Virus record (IMG/VR): IMGVR_UViG_3300025674_000030
Coordinates: 1 to 64,000 of that record
DNA: 64,000 bases
Strand: one strand, 5' to 3'
Origin: a virus
The notes under the pieces: model-generated
What the model was told of the DNA's origin: nothing
Databases searched by the model: none
Seen by the model: the letters and a program-made list of their open reading frames with translations, nothing else
Translations under genes and position numbers: made by a program
Part shown: piece by piece, positions 49,478 to 58,985 of the stretch
Layout: each line of letters begins with the position of its first letter
Position numbering within the stretch: the stretch's first letter is position 1

Positions 49478-49921
49478 ATGAAAGTCACCAAGTCACAACT
49501 AAAACAGATTATCTTAGAAGAGCTTGAAGTTGTGCTCACTAATGAAGAAGTTGAAGAGATGTTTGGCGAGGAGGTTCGCAAAGAAGTGGAAGAAGGTCTT
49601 TTTGGTGGCGAACTTGATGTATCGATGAAAAAATCCCCTCAACGTGGCAAAGTTCATTCAAAAACTAGCCGAGAAGAGGAGCGGTTGCAAAGATTTCTTG
49701 ACTCTGTAACAGCGAATATAGAAAACGAAAAGCAAAAAAGAAGCATTACTAACAAAATAATAGCATTCTTGAATGCAGAAAAAGAACAACTAAAGAAAGA
49801 TTTCATGATCCCAGAGCAGGAAAATAATCCTTGGGCTATTTGCACAGCTTCTGTGGGTCGCGAAGATAAAGAAAAATATGAAAAATGCGTTAAAAGCGTA
49901 AAAAGGAGAAACAAAAAATGA
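49478..49921 (+). CDS. Small protein with shared N-terminal MKxTK motif (putative head-internal protein)
   Basis: Starts MKVTKSQLKQIILEEL. C-terminal NPWAICTASVG...KYEKCV. Confidence 0.65.
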   Translation: MKVTKSQLKQIILEELEVVLTNEEVEEMFGEEVRKEVEEGLFGGELDVSMKKSPQRGKVHSKTSREEERLQRFLDSVTANIENEKQKRSITNKIIAFLNAEKEQLKKDFMIPEQENNPWAICTASVGREDKEKYEKCVKSVKRRNKK

Positions 49922-50196
49922 AAATCACAAAGACTAGACTAAAGCAGATTATCAAAGAGGCATTAGATGATATATCTTCTGATGATGTTCTTGGTCGTAC
50001 CGAGCCAAGATATTTTGATGATGAAGGCGAGCGCGCTTTTGATCCCTCTGATGCTCGTGATCTTAGAGATAGATTGGTAAAAGCTATTAGATCCGGGGCG
50101 TTCGATAGCCTATCAGATGAGAACATGGAGTTTGCAAGGAGGCTTTTCGGCCCTGCTTTTGACGATCTAAGAAAGCAATATGGCAGAGGACAATAG
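49918..50196 (+). CDS. Small protein with shared N-terminal MKxTK motif
   Basis: Starts MKITKTRLKQIIKEAL. AGGAG SD and ATGA overlap. Confidence 0.65.
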   Translation: MKITKTRLKQIIKEALDDISSDDVLGRTEPRYFDDEGERAFDPSDARDLRDRLVKAIRSGAFDSLSDENMEFARRLFGPAFDDLRKQYGRGQ

Positions 50197-50200
50197 ACTA

Positions 50201-50755
50201 ATGAAAATCACAAAATCAGAACTTTTCAATCTCATTAAAGAGGAGATTATGTCCGAGATGGATGTCCTCACTATGATGGATGACCCAAACGATGATTCTC
50301 AAGAGCCAGAATCTTTCAAAGATATGGATCAGGTAGCCGAGATGATGGAGAACGCTGTTCTTACTTCTATGGATAGTCCAATCGCTTTGATCTCAAACTT
50401 CCTTGTGACAACGCAGGGAGGACATGAGACACCAACAGAACTTGTGAGAGAAGGTATGCAAATGCTCCATCAAGCAGGTTTCCGTGAGCCTGATGCCAGT
50501 GTTATTGAAAAAATGATAAAAGATGAAATGGACAGTGGATATTACGACACTACCTATTACGCCGACGGCGAAGGTGTAGCGCCGATGCCCACTGATGATC
50601 GGCACTTGAGAGAGGGTATGGAAAACATTACCCCAGAAAATATGCAACTCGTTATGGATGCAATGAAAAAGATGGCGCCTCTAGTTGGAGCTATATCTCT
50701 ACCAGTTTTAATTGGTCTTATTTATGATCAGTTTAGGAAAATGGGTGCCAAATGA
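50201..50755 (+). CDS. Protein with shared N-terminal MKxTK motif and C-terminal hydrophobic segment
   Basis: ATG 50201 gives MKITKSELFNLIKEEI. C-terminal LVGAISLPVLIGLIY. Confidence 0.65.
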   Translation: MKITKSELFNLIKEEIMSEMDVLTMMDDPNDDSQEPESFKDMDQVAEMMENAVLTSMDSPIALISNFLVTTQGGHETPTELVREGMQMLHQAGFREPDASVIEKMIKDEMDSGYYDTTYYADGEGVAPMPTDDRHLREGMENITPENMQLVMDAMKKMAPLVGAISLPVLIGLIYDQFRKMGAK

Positions 50756-50955
50756 TGAGCAAAGAACAAAAGCAAGCACTACTCGATAGGGGCATACAAA
50801 AACTAACTTCCCGCAAACTACTTGTGTGGCTTACTGCTACAGGTCTTATGGCTTGGGGCGGCCTAGAATCAGCAGACTGGGTTATCATATCTGGTCTTTA
50901 TCTCGGTGGTCAGTCTGTGATTGACGCTATTGTAAAACTCAAGGGACTTGAGTGA
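50752..50955 (+). CDS. Putative holin
   Basis: 67 aa, with SRK preceding two hydrophobic segments and a basic C-terminus. Confidence 0.45.
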   Translation: MMSKEQKQALLDRGIQKLTSRKLLVWLTATGLMAWGGLESADWVIISGLYLGGQSVIDAIVKLKGLE

Positions 50956-51332
50956 AAGAGAAAATCCTAGCATTTTGCTTAAAACACTGGAAGGAGATCG
51001 GGCTTGTCCTGCTCCTTCTTGTTGTCTTTGGTAAGTCACAATATGATGTACGCAACATAATCAAAGCGCATGAGATTGCCGAACAGTCCTTAAAAGATCA
51101 GATAAGCACCCTACAATCCCTCCACACCGAAGAGTTGCGCCTGCGCGATGAAGCCCTTGAACGCTACCGCATAGAGATAGAAGAGTTGGAGTTGGAATAC
51201 GAAGCACGACAAGCCGAAATAAAAGACTTAACGAGAGCAGAAAAAGAAGTTATAATAAAAGAGTTCAAACAAGACAAGGCCCTGATTATACAGCGCTTTG
51301 AAGAAACCTACGGATTAAGATATGTTGAATAG
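50952..51332 (+). CDS. N-terminally anchored coiled-coil protein (i-spanin-like)
   Basis: TM helix IGLVLLLLVVFG followed by a long heptad-rich region. GTG start overlaps the holin-like stop. Confidence 0.45.
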   Translation: MKEKILAFCLKHWKEIGLVLLLLVVFGKSQYDVRNIIKAHEIAEQSLKDQISTLQSLHTEELRLRDEALERYRIEIEELELEYEARQAEIKDLTRAEKEVIIKEFKQDKALIIQRFEETYGLRYVE

Positions 51333-51732
51333 TCTAATACTGCTTGTTATACTCTCAACTGCAAGTGCCGAAGACTTTACTGTCCTCTCTGAAAATCAAC
51401 CCGCTCCATTCGAGGGTGTTTTACTTAGTGTTCCTGCTGCCGCAGAAATATTAGCCAAACAAGAAGAAACACAGATGCAGTGTGAGCTTGAAATAGAGTT
51501 TCAGCTTGATAAGGCGGGAACTCAATGTAAGCTCGATAAAGAACTCCTTGAGGCACGTATCTCAACGCTTGAAAACCAATATACCGAGATTATAGCACAA
51601 AAAAATCTTGTTATTGATAAGCAGCAAGAAATCATCAAGAAGCAGGCACCGCATCGTAAGTGGTTGTGGTTTGCTGGCGGTGTTGTACTTGGTGGCGCCA
51701 CTTATTACGGAATTCAACAGGCAGCAAAATGA
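51322..51732 (+). CDS. Secreted coiled-coil protein with C-terminal hydrophobic anchor (spanin-like?)
   Basis: SPase I-type signal peptide (LILLVILSTASA|ED), coiled coil, C-terminal WLWFAGGVVLGGATYYGI. Confidence 0.45.
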   Translation: MLNSLILLVILSTASAEDFTVLSENQPAPFEGVLLSVPAAAEILAKQEETQMQCELEIEFQLDKAGTQCKLDKELLEARISTLENQYTEIIAQKNLVIDKQQEIIKKQAPHRKWLWFAGGVVLGGATYYGIQQAAK

Positions 51733-52277
51733 AGCACACTAACTTACCATTTCATCTTTATGTGTGGGTTAACAACAAATACCTTGGCCCTAAAATGCCT
51801 GAAGGCTATACATATGCCCTGTGGCACGGTATTCATTCAAGAGAGGGACAAATCCCCATGGCTCACGTTTTGTTAGAAAGTGGTGCTCACTGGTCTGGTT
51901 TGCCACTACACGCTATGTCTAACTTCCACGGCCCAAGCACTTGGGAAGAGAAGCCACACGGCGATTTAATACCTTGGACTGCTATGGGCCCAGACATAGA
52001 GGCGTGGCACGCAAAGTATCTTGAAGGACTTGAGGTAGAGCTATTTCGCTATGGATGGAAAGGCAAACATACAGGCATAATAATCGACTGGACTAATGGA
52101 TTTGACAGATACCCACAGGAGCACAAGCCTCTTAATCTTGTTTCTCTTGATGATGGGCAGTTTGCTTTACAGCCAAACAACTATTGTAGATTTAGAGATG
52201 ACCACTTTATAGACAAATCTAAGTTTGAACAAACCAAGTTCTATCGCAGAGGCGAAGAGGTTTGGTGGGGTCAATGA
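51729..52277 (+). CDS. Hypothetical protein
   Basis: ATG 51729 in an ATGA overlap. His/Trp-rich globular sequence (HGIHSREG, LPLHA, EHKP, QPNN). Confidence 0.65.
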   Translation: MKHTNLPFHLYVWVNNKYLGPKMPEGYTYALWHGIHSREGQIPMAHVLLESGAHWSGLPLHAMSNFHGPSTWEEKPHGDLIPWTAMGPDIEAWHAKYLEGLEVELFRYGWKGKHTGIIIDWTNGFDRYPQEHKPLNLVSLDDGQFALQPNNYCRFRDDHFIDKSKFEQTKFYRRGEEVWWGQ

Positions 52278-52654
52278 GCAAAGATCCAGATTACATTGTA
52301 AGAGTAGAACAAGCTATTGCTGACAAGTATGGTGACGAAGCAATCCAGAACCCCAAAGCAGAATGGGACGAGAACAAAGAGAAAGTCTATCTGGAGCAGA
52401 TGCGAGAACTCTACAAAAAGCAAAAGAAAAACGACGAAGCCAACGATAAAGTAGAAGTAAATGGGATAAAGGTTTCAAGAAAACTACTTAATAGAGAATC
52501 CAAGACAGGGTGTCCTGTTTGTGGTGCTTTCTCACATTCTACCCGTGATGATGTATCGCTTGTAAAGTTTGACTGCTGCTACAAGTGCTATATCAAGTGG
52601 GTTGATGGGAGAGAAGAGCGCTGGAATAACGGGTGGAGACCCAAACAAAACTAG
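52274..52654 (+). CDS. Zinc-finger-like hypothetical protein
   Basis: CPVC...CCYKC. ATGA overlap start. Confidence 0.65.
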   Translation: MSKDPDYIVRVEQAIADKYGDEAIQNPKAEWDENKEKVYLEQMRELYKKQKKNDEANDKVEVNGIKVSRKLLNRESKTGCPVCGAFSHSTRDDVSLVKFDCCYKCYIKWVDGREERWNNGWRPKQN

Positions 52655-52656
52655 CA

Positions 52657-52666
52657 ACTACTTATT
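52657..52666 (+). promoter_or_regulatory. Putative phage late-promoter motif (ACTACTTATT)
   Basis: Intergenic variant 16 nt before ATG 52683, at the head of the run leading to TerL and portal. Confidence 0.4.
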
Positions 52667-52682
52667 TCAAAGGAACACTACT

Positions 52683-53231
52683 ATGGCAACAGTTTACGAA
52701 ATCGTTCAGGGCTTGTCGCAAGCCGCTGCAAATGCTTATGATGGAGCAATGACCGAAGAGGGAGAGCCCGTAAAGGCAGGGCTAAAGAGAGAAGAGGGCA
52801 ACCCCCTTATTGATAAGCGCGTTATGGATGGCTTCAATGTCAAGTTCCACGGTAATATCATGCGTCTCTCTTATATGTCCGAGGTTACCTTGAAGGAAGT
52901 TTATGCAAGCGGATTTGAATCTGAGGTTGAGTCACAGATGAATGAGATAGTAAAGTTTCTCAAGAAGGAGGCTCGCAAGATTACTGGCACCACTCCATCG
53001 CTAACAAAACAGGGGGAGATTGATATTCGTGTTGAGAATTCATCTCGTGTGCGCTCTTGGGTTACCGCCTGTTTAGAGTACAAGGTTGGTGGAATGGAAG
53101 AAGTTGCTGTTGTTGGAGAAGCTACCGAGGACAAGCTTGCCGCTGGCTGGGAAGCCTTTATGAAGCAGGGCGGCCTTGGAACTCGCCCAAAGAACGATAA
53201 GAGACCTAAGAACTCAGGAGACAAGAAGTGA
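52683..53231 (+). CDS. Hypothetical protein
   Basis: ATG 52683 after an AAGGA SD. 182 aa. Confidence 0.65.
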   Translation: MATVYEIVQGLSQAAANAYDGAMTEEGEPVKAGLKREEGNPLIDKRVMDGFNVKFHGNIMRLSYMSEVTLKEVYASGFESEVESQMNEIVKFLKKEARKITGTTPSLTKQGEIDIRVENSSRVRSWVTACLEYKVGGMEEVAVVGEATEDKLAAGWEAFMKQGGLGTRPKNDKRPKNSGDKK

Positions 53232-53425
53232 AAGTTACAAAAACCTTACTAAAGCAAATAATCAAGGAAGAGCTTGAAGAAATGCAGGGCACTGACTCAA
53301 TGCGTGATTTTGAAACCGAAATTGGCGTTTTGATCGAAAAGGCAATAGCCCTCGCAATGGAGGCTAGATTATCAAGAGTTGAAGATATTCTTACTTCTGC
53401 TCACGAAGAGTTAATGGGTCTATAG
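53228..53425 (+). CDS. Small protein with shared N-terminal MKxTK motif
   Basis: GTG start giving MKVTKTLLKQIIKEELEE. Confidence 0.6.
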   Translation: MKVTKTLLKQIIKEELEEMQGTDSMRDFETEIGVLIEKAIALAMEARLSRVEDILTSAHEELMGL

Positions 53426-53434
53426 TGGGTATGA

Positions 53435-55015
53435 ATGCCAAGATTAACGAAAAAGCAAATACTCAAAGAAGTCGTTAAATGCGGCAAAGATCCATCTTAT
53501 TTCCTCAAGAACTATGCCCGTATATCTCACCCGATGCACGGGCTTATGTTATTCAACACATTTGATTATCAGGACGAACTCCTAAAAGACTTCAACGACT
53601 ACCGTTTTAATATCATCAACAAAGGTCGTCAGTTGGGTATCTCAACGATTACTGCTGGCTACATTGTTTGGATGATGTTGTTTCATCGAGACAAAACCAT
53701 TCTTGTCATGGCAACTAAGTTTGAGACAGCAGGCAACTTGGTCCGAAAAGTCAAAAACATTATGAAGAACCTTCCTGACTGGATCAGAATTGCAAATATC
53801 ACAACCGACAACCGCACGTCCTTTGAGTTGTCTAATGGCTCTTCTATCAAGGCTGCCTCCACTTCTGGCGATGCTGGTCGCTCTGAGGCACTATCGCTTC
53901 TTGTTCTTGACGAGGCTGCACACATTGAAGGTCTAGAAGAGTTGTGGACTGGTCTGTACCCGACACTATCTACTGGTGGTCGTTGTATCGCCATCTCTAC
54001 ACCAAATGGTGTTGGTAACTGGTTCCACAAAACCTGCACAGGCGCCGAAAGCGGAGAAAACAACTTCAATCTAACGACGCTGATGTGGTGGGTTCATCCC
54101 GAAAGAGATGAAGAATGGTTCAAGAAAGAAACCAAAAATATGTCCAAGAGGCAGATTGCACAGGAGTTGGAGTGCAACTTCAATACTTCGGGTGAAACTG
54201 TTATCGATCCAGAGAATATGGAATGGATTATGTCCAACATTAGAGAACCAAAACATAAAACTGGATTTGATAGAAACTTTTGGATCTGGGAAGAGTATGA
54301 TCCAAGCTGCAACTATCTCATGTCAGTAGATGTAGCAAGAGGCGATGGTGCAGATAGTTCTACATTTCATATCCTTAAGCTTGAAACTATGGAAATTGTT
54401 GGTGAGTATATGGGTAAGCCAACTCCCGATTTGTATGCTAATATGCTAAATCAGGTTGGTAGAGAGTTTGGAAACTGTATGCTGGTCGTAGAAAATAACT
54501 CTATTGGCTATACTGTCATAGATAAATTAATAGAGTATGGCTATCCCAACCTCTACTATTCGATTAAATCTACACACGAATATATTGATCAACATCTTGG
54601 CGAACACAGGACAGGTGCCGTTGCTGGTTTTTCCACAACAAGCAAGACTAGACCGCTCATTGTTGCCAAGCTAGAAGAGTTTGTAAGAAACAAACTAGTT
54701 AAGACGTATTCTTCACGTTTGGCAAACGAGTTCCGTACTTTTATTTGGTATAACGGGAAGCCACAAGCCATGAGGGGCTACAACGATGACTTGGTGATGG
54801 CTCTTGCGATTTGTTGCTGGGTGCGGGACACAGCCTTGCAAACAAACGCACGAGACTTAAACTACCAAAAAGCGTTCGTTGATTCAATCATGACTTCAAG
54901 GACTACCCTAAACACGCAAATAAAAGGACAAATTGGCTACACAGGAGAAGATACCACAAGTAGAATGAACGAAGCAAAAAACCTATATTCCCAATACATG
55001 TGGATAATAAAGTGA
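53435..55015 (+). CDS. terL: Terminase large subunit (T4 gp17-like)
   Basis: DYQ, Walker A-like GRQLGIST, Walker B LVLDEAAH, ISTPNG, nuclease VDVARG and NDDLVMA. Confidence 0.95.
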   Translation: MPRLTKKQILKEVVKCGKDPSYFLKNYARISHPMHGLMLFNTFDYQDELLKDFNDYRFNIINKGRQLGISTITAGYIVWMMLFHRDKTILVMATKFETAGNLVRKVKNIMKNLPDWIRIANITTDNRTSFELSNGSSIKAASTSGDAGRSEALSLLVLDEAAHIEGLEELWTGLYPTLSTGGRCIAISTPNGVGNWFHKTCTGAESGENNFNLTTLMWWVHPERDEEWFKKETKNMSKRQIAQELECNFNTSGETVIDPENMEWIMSNIREPKHKTGFDRNFWIWEEYDPSCNYLMSVDVARGDGADSSTFHILKLETMEIVGEYMGKPTPDLYANMLNQVGREFGNCMLVVENNSIGYTVIDKLIEYGYPNLYYSIKSTHEYIDQHLGEHRTGAVAGFSTTSKTRPLIVAKLEEFVRNKLVKTYSSRLANEFRTFIWYNGKPQAMRGYNDDLVMALAICCWVRDTALQTNARDLNYQKAFVDSIMTSRTTLNTQIKGQIGYTGEDTTSRMNEAKNLYSQYMWIIK

Positions 55016-55022
55016 GAAAATA

Positions 55023-57014
55023 ATGGCACCAAAAAATCCAAAGCAAGGTGGAAACCCCGCCAACAGACAGTCGCAGTTATTCAAATCTCTTACAAGACTC
55101 TTTTCAGGCCCTATCGTTAGTTACCGTTCAGAGTCTGGTCGTAAGATTCGTAGACAACATTTGGATAAATACTCAACCAGATTCAAATCAGCATCTGGGC
55201 AACAGTTCAAAAAGCAGTCTTATAATCCTTTAGATACAATCGCTGCAAACGCTATTGCAAACCAGCGTCGCTCAGAGCGCTACATTGACTTTGATCAAAT
55301 GGAGTACATGCCTGAGTTGGCCTCCGCTCTTGATATATACGCAGATGAAATGACTACATTTTCTGCACTTTCTCCAATGTTGAATATTAAGTGTCGCAAT
55401 GATGAAATCAAGGCAGTCCTCAACATTCTTTACCACAACGTAATGAATATAGAGCACAACCTCTTTGGCTGGTGTCGTACAATGTGTAAGTATGGCGATT
55501 TCATTATGTATCTGGATATTGATGAGAACGAAGGTATTCAGTCTACGATTGCCCTTCCTTTACAGGAAGTTGAAAGACTGGAAGGTCTTGATGCCACAAA
55601 CCCAAACTATGTTCAGTATCAGTGGAACTCTGCTGGGATGACATTTGAGAACTGGCAGGTTGCACATTTCCGAATCCTCGGTAACGACAAATATTCACCA
55701 TACGGCACTTCTGTACTAGAACCTGCCCGTCGTATCTGGCGCCAACTAACCCTTATGGAAGATGCCATGATGGCATACCGTATCGTTCGTTCTTCTGAGC
55801 GAAAGGTGTTCAAGATTGATGTTGGTGCTGTTCCTCCACAGGAAGTTGAGCAGTTTATGCAAAAGATTGTATCTCAGCTAAAACGCCACACAATTGTTGA
55901 TAAAGATACTGGTCGCATTGATTTGCGATATAATCCACTGTCAATCGAGGAGGACTACTATATTCCTGTTCGCGCCGGCTCTGTGACAGATATTCAAAAC
56001 CTTGGTGGTGGACAAAACACAACCGCTATTGATGATATCAAGTATCTTCGTGACAAGATGTTTTCTGCCATCAAGATACCACAGGCTTATCTCACAATGG
56101 GCGAGGGTGCCCAAGAAGATAAGACTACACTTGCCACCAAGGACATTCGCTTTGCGCGTACCATTCAGCGCCTACAGCGTTCTGTTCTGCATGAGTTAGA
56201 GAAGATTGGTATTATTCACCTCTATACTCTTGGATATAGAGGCGAGGATCTTCTAAACTTTAAACTTGCACTCAATAACCCAAGCAAGATTGCTGAGCTA
56301 CAAGAGTTGGAGCATTGGAAGAACAAGTTTGATATTGCGGCCTCTGCAACCGAAGGTTATTTTTCTCGTCGCTGGGTTGCTGATAATATTTTTGGCATGT
56401 CTCATGAAGAGTTCCTGCGCTGTCAGCGTGAACAGTTTTATGATCGCAAGCATGACACAGCACTTGAGGGCGTTGCAGAAGTACCAGTAGAAGAATCCGG
56501 CGGTGGTGGTGGGCTTGATCTTGGCGGCGGCGAAGGCGGCGAGCTTGATCTTGGGGGTGCCCCAGAGGGCGAGGTCGATCTCGGAGCCGATGATACTGGT
56601 GCTGAAGAAACAGGTGGCGGCGAAGAGTCTGCACTTTTGGCAGAACCTCCCGGCTCTCGTGATTCTCCACGCCTTGCAAAATCACTAGGTAGCCGTGCCA
56701 GAACAGGAAAAAAATATGTCACCAAGAAATCCAAAGGCAAAGCCTACCAGAAGGTAGCCGTAGATAAGCGCCCTGCTGGTGCCAGAAGTAGAAACTATTC
56801 AAGTATCCCAACTCCCGAAATGAACACATATAGAACTAACAATCTTGGTGCTCCTGAGTTAAGATCTTTGTCTAGAGGTATTTATGAAGACAAAGACTCT
56901 ATTTACCAAAGAGAACAAAAAGAAGAACAGGCTCTTCTTGAGGTTAATAGCTCTGTCAAGTTCTTAATAGAATCATTAGAAACAAAAGCTACGGAGAATA
57001 AAGATGAAGAATAA
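55023..57014 (+). CDS. Portal protein (T4 gp20-like) with long low-complexity C-terminal tail
   Basis: LMEDAMMAYRIVRSSERKVFKIDVG, EDYYIPVR, DIKYLRDK and DIRFARTIQRLQ are gp20-type motifs. Follows TerL. Confidence 0.92.
   Translation: MAPKNPKQGGNPANRQSQLFKSLTRLFSGPIVSYRSESGRKIRRQHLDKYSTRFKSASGQQFKKQSYNPLDTIAANAIANQRRSERYIDFDQMEYMPELASALDIYADEMTTFSALSPMLNIKCRNDEIKAVLNILYHNVMNIEHNLFGWCRTMCKYGDFIMYLDIDENEGIQSTIALPLQEVERLEGLDATNPNYVQYQWNSAGMTFENWQVAHFRILGNDKYSPYGTSVLEPARRIWRQLTLMEDAMMAYRIVRSSERKVFKIDVGAVPPQEVEQFMQKIVSQLKRHTIVDKDTGRIDLRYNPLSIEEDYYIPVRAGSVTDIQNLGGGQNTTAIDDIKYLRDKMFSAIKIPQAYLTMGEGAQEDKTTLATKDIRFARTIQRLQRSVLHELEKIGIIHLYTLGYRGEDLLNFKLALNNPSKIAELQELEHWKNKFDIAASATEGYFSRRWVADNIFGMSHEEFLRCQREQFYDRKHDTALEGVAEVPVEESGGGGGLDLGGGEGGELDLGGAPEGEVDLGADDTGAEETGGGEESALLAEPPGSRDSPRLAKSLGSRARTGKKYVTKKSKGKAYQKVAVDKRPAGARSRNYSSIPTPEMNTYRTNNLGAPELRSLSRGIYEDKDSIYQREQKEEQALLEVNSSVKFLIESLETKATENKDEE
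56499..56588 (+). repeat. Three imperfect 30-nt tandem repeats in the portal tail encoding Gly/Glu-rich [LV]DLG units
   Basis: CTTGATCTTGG at 56514 and 56544, GTCGATCTCGG at 56574 (30-nt period). Confidence 0.7.
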
Positions 57015-57834
57015 GCACAATAAGAAGAGAAATACAGCCTTTGTATTTGAAGCGCTTGCAAGAGAAGCAACTGTGGCAATTGTAAAGGGCGATCAGGAGC
57101 GTAAAGCCAAGGTTGTTTCAATTGTTCGTAAGCACTTTACCGGCGACTCTCTTCTGAAGAAAGACCTTGAGTGCTATCGTTCACTTTACGAAAACCAAAA
57201 TCTTGACAAGAACACAAGCCAAAAGATTCTTGAAGCAGTGATGGCAGCAAAGCGCTTAATCGATCCAGATGGCCTTTTTAAGCAGCAGACCGAAGTTATC
57301 AATGATATCAACAAAGAACTAACTCCTGCTACTTTTAACAATTTTGTTCCCAACTATAAGGCACTTGCCACCATTGCAAAAATGTTTAATACTGATTCAC
57401 CAAAGCAAAAGGTAATGCTTGAAGAGAAAATAATAGAAGGTATGTCTGGAACTCTTATAGAACATACTATGCAGCCCATCGATAGTATTACTTTTGCAAC
57501 TTTTACCAAGAAATTTAATGACAAATATAGCTCCTCTTTATTAAAAGAGCAAAAAGAACTAATAAATCATTACATATCATCTTTTGCAATTGATGATTTA
57601 GAAACTAAAATTTACCTCAACCGCGAACTTGGTCGCTTGAAAGAAAGCTTAGAGAAGGCAACTGAGGTAGAAGAGGTTGCTTCTGATCAAGAGATGATCA
57701 ATAAAACGAAGTTGGTCAAAGAGCGGCTCGAATCACTTTCTGGCGACACAACTCTTACAGAAGCAACCCTCTTCACAATTTTGAAAACTCAAGAACTCGT
57801 AAAGGAAATCTACGACGATGGCAGTAACAGTTAG
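57004..57834 (+). CDS. Hypothetical head-module protein
   Basis: KHNKKRNT N-terminus, helical, with many [LI]xE sites. Overlaps the portal stop. Confidence 0.65.
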   Translation: MKNKHNKKRNTAFVFEALAREATVAIVKGDQERKAKVVSIVRKHFTGDSLLKKDLECYRSLYENQNLDKNTSQKILEAVMAAKRLIDPDGLFKQQTEVINDINKELTPATFNNFVPNYKALATIAKMFNTDSPKQKVMLEEKIIEGMSGTLIEHTMQPIDSITFATFTKKFNDKYSSSLLKEQKELINHYISSFAIDDLETKIYLNRELGRLKESLEKATEVEEVASDQEMINKTKLVKERLESLSGDTTLTEATLFTILKTQELVKEIYDDGSNS

Positions 57835-58390
57835 AATTGTTCCAATCCCAGAGCCCGTTAAGGTTACAATCAAGCCTAAAGCTCCTCCTCCTAAAGTAAC
57901 TTTAGAGCTAGACATTCGCAAGTCTCTTAGTGGCGATCTAATGATTTTTGATCATGGTGACATTGATATTGTTTTATCTGGTAAAGACAAGAAGATTACT
58001 GCGTTCCCCAAGCAAACACAAACTGATTTTACCTATGGCGCCCAAAATCGTTTGTTTAGTCATCTTGCTAGAAAGGGCATCGTCATTCCTGAGTCTATTC
58101 AGGGCGGTTCATTTTATGGCGCCATGGAAGCATCTCTACAAGAAGCAGCAGATGGCAAACTAAACGCCGCCAAGTTTGCACTCATAAGCATTGAGAAGTT
58201 CATAAAAGAAGAGAAGCCATACTATGAACATGTAGAAGCTATTGTTGGCAGTACCGAGGACGAATATATTAATCCCGACAAGACTGACTCTACTGAGCTT
58301 GGCGAAGTCCCACAGCGCGACGAGCAAGGTTCTATCCGAAAGGGCTATGTCCGAGATCCTTACACCTTCTCTTACATGTATACAATATAG
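57818..58390 (+). CDS. Hypothetical protein
   Basis: 190-aa ORF with a Pro-rich N-terminus and an AAGGA SD. Confidence 0.65.
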   Translation: MAVTVRIVPIPEPVKVTIKPKAPPPKVTLELDIRKSLSGDLMIFDHGDIDIVLSGKDKKITAFPKQTQTDFTYGAQNRLFSHLARKGIVIPESIQGGSFYGAMEASLQEAADGKLNAAKFALISIEKFIKEEKPYYEHVEAIVGSTEDEYINPDKTDSTELGEVPQRDEQGSIRKGYVRDPYTFSYMYTI

Positions 58391-58398
58391 GAGGTTAC

Positions 58399-58740
58399 AT
58401 GGAGATAGTTTTATTTATTCTTTTTGCTTACGGACTAACACAAATATTAGTCTATAGTGATATGCCAATCCTAAAAAGATTAAGGCCAAGCAAAGAATCC
58501 TACAGGGGCTATGGCAAGGTGTTTCATTGCCCCATGTGTATGGGATTTCATGTTGGTTGGTTTTTGTGCCTTCTTTCTCCTTGGACAGAACTATTTACGT
58601 TTGATGTTACAATAGTTAATGCTTTTTTGCTTGGCTGTCTTTCGTCTGCGACTTCTTATGTTTTAAACATGGTGTTCTCTGACGAAGGAATCATGATAAA
58701 GCACAACTACAAGCATGAAAACTATTTTGGAGAAGAATAA
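58399..58740 (+). CDS. Membrane protein with CxxC (DUF1360-like)
   Basis: Three hydrophobic segments and CPMCMGFHVG. GGAGG SD. Confidence 0.6.
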   Translation: MEIVLFILFAYGLTQILVYSDMPILKRLRPSKESYRGYGKVFHCPMCMGFHVGWFLCLLSPWTELFTFDVTIVNAFLLGCLSSATSYVLNMVFSDEGIMIKHNYKHENYFGEE

Positions 58741-58985
58741 TGAAAATCACAAAAAGCAGACTAAGACAGATAATCAAAGAAGAACTTCTTAAAGAAATAA
58801 AAGAAGGCGAAGAAATTGAAATGTCTGATCTTTATGCTGACTATGGTGAAGATCCAATCGAAGCACTACAGAAAAGAAGAGATGAGTTGGAACCTAGGCT
58901 GCGCACAGCAAAAGATGCTGAGTATTACATGAAGCTAACCAGAGAAATTGTGAGGCTAAAGCTTGAACGGGAGAAACAACAATGA
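58740..58985 (+). CDS. Small protein with shared N-terminal MKxTK motif
   Basis: Starts MKITKSRLRQIIKEELLKEIKE. Confidence 0.65.
   Translation: MKITKSRLRQIIKEELLKEIKEGEEIEMSDLYADYGEDPIEALQKRRDELEPRLRTAKDAEYYMKLTREIVRLKLEREKQQ

Noticed and set aside
53435-53480. TerL N-terminus (MPRLTKKQILKEVVK) as a member of the MKxTK tag family
   Set aside because: The similarity is partial and the spacing differs. T4-like TerL proteins normally begin with a comparable helix before KC..DP.YF.
53435-55015. Intein or homing endonuclease in TerL (also checked primase and SbcCD)
   Set aside because: Lengths fit the catalytic domains, and no intein splice-junction or LAGLIDADG/HNH blocks were seen.
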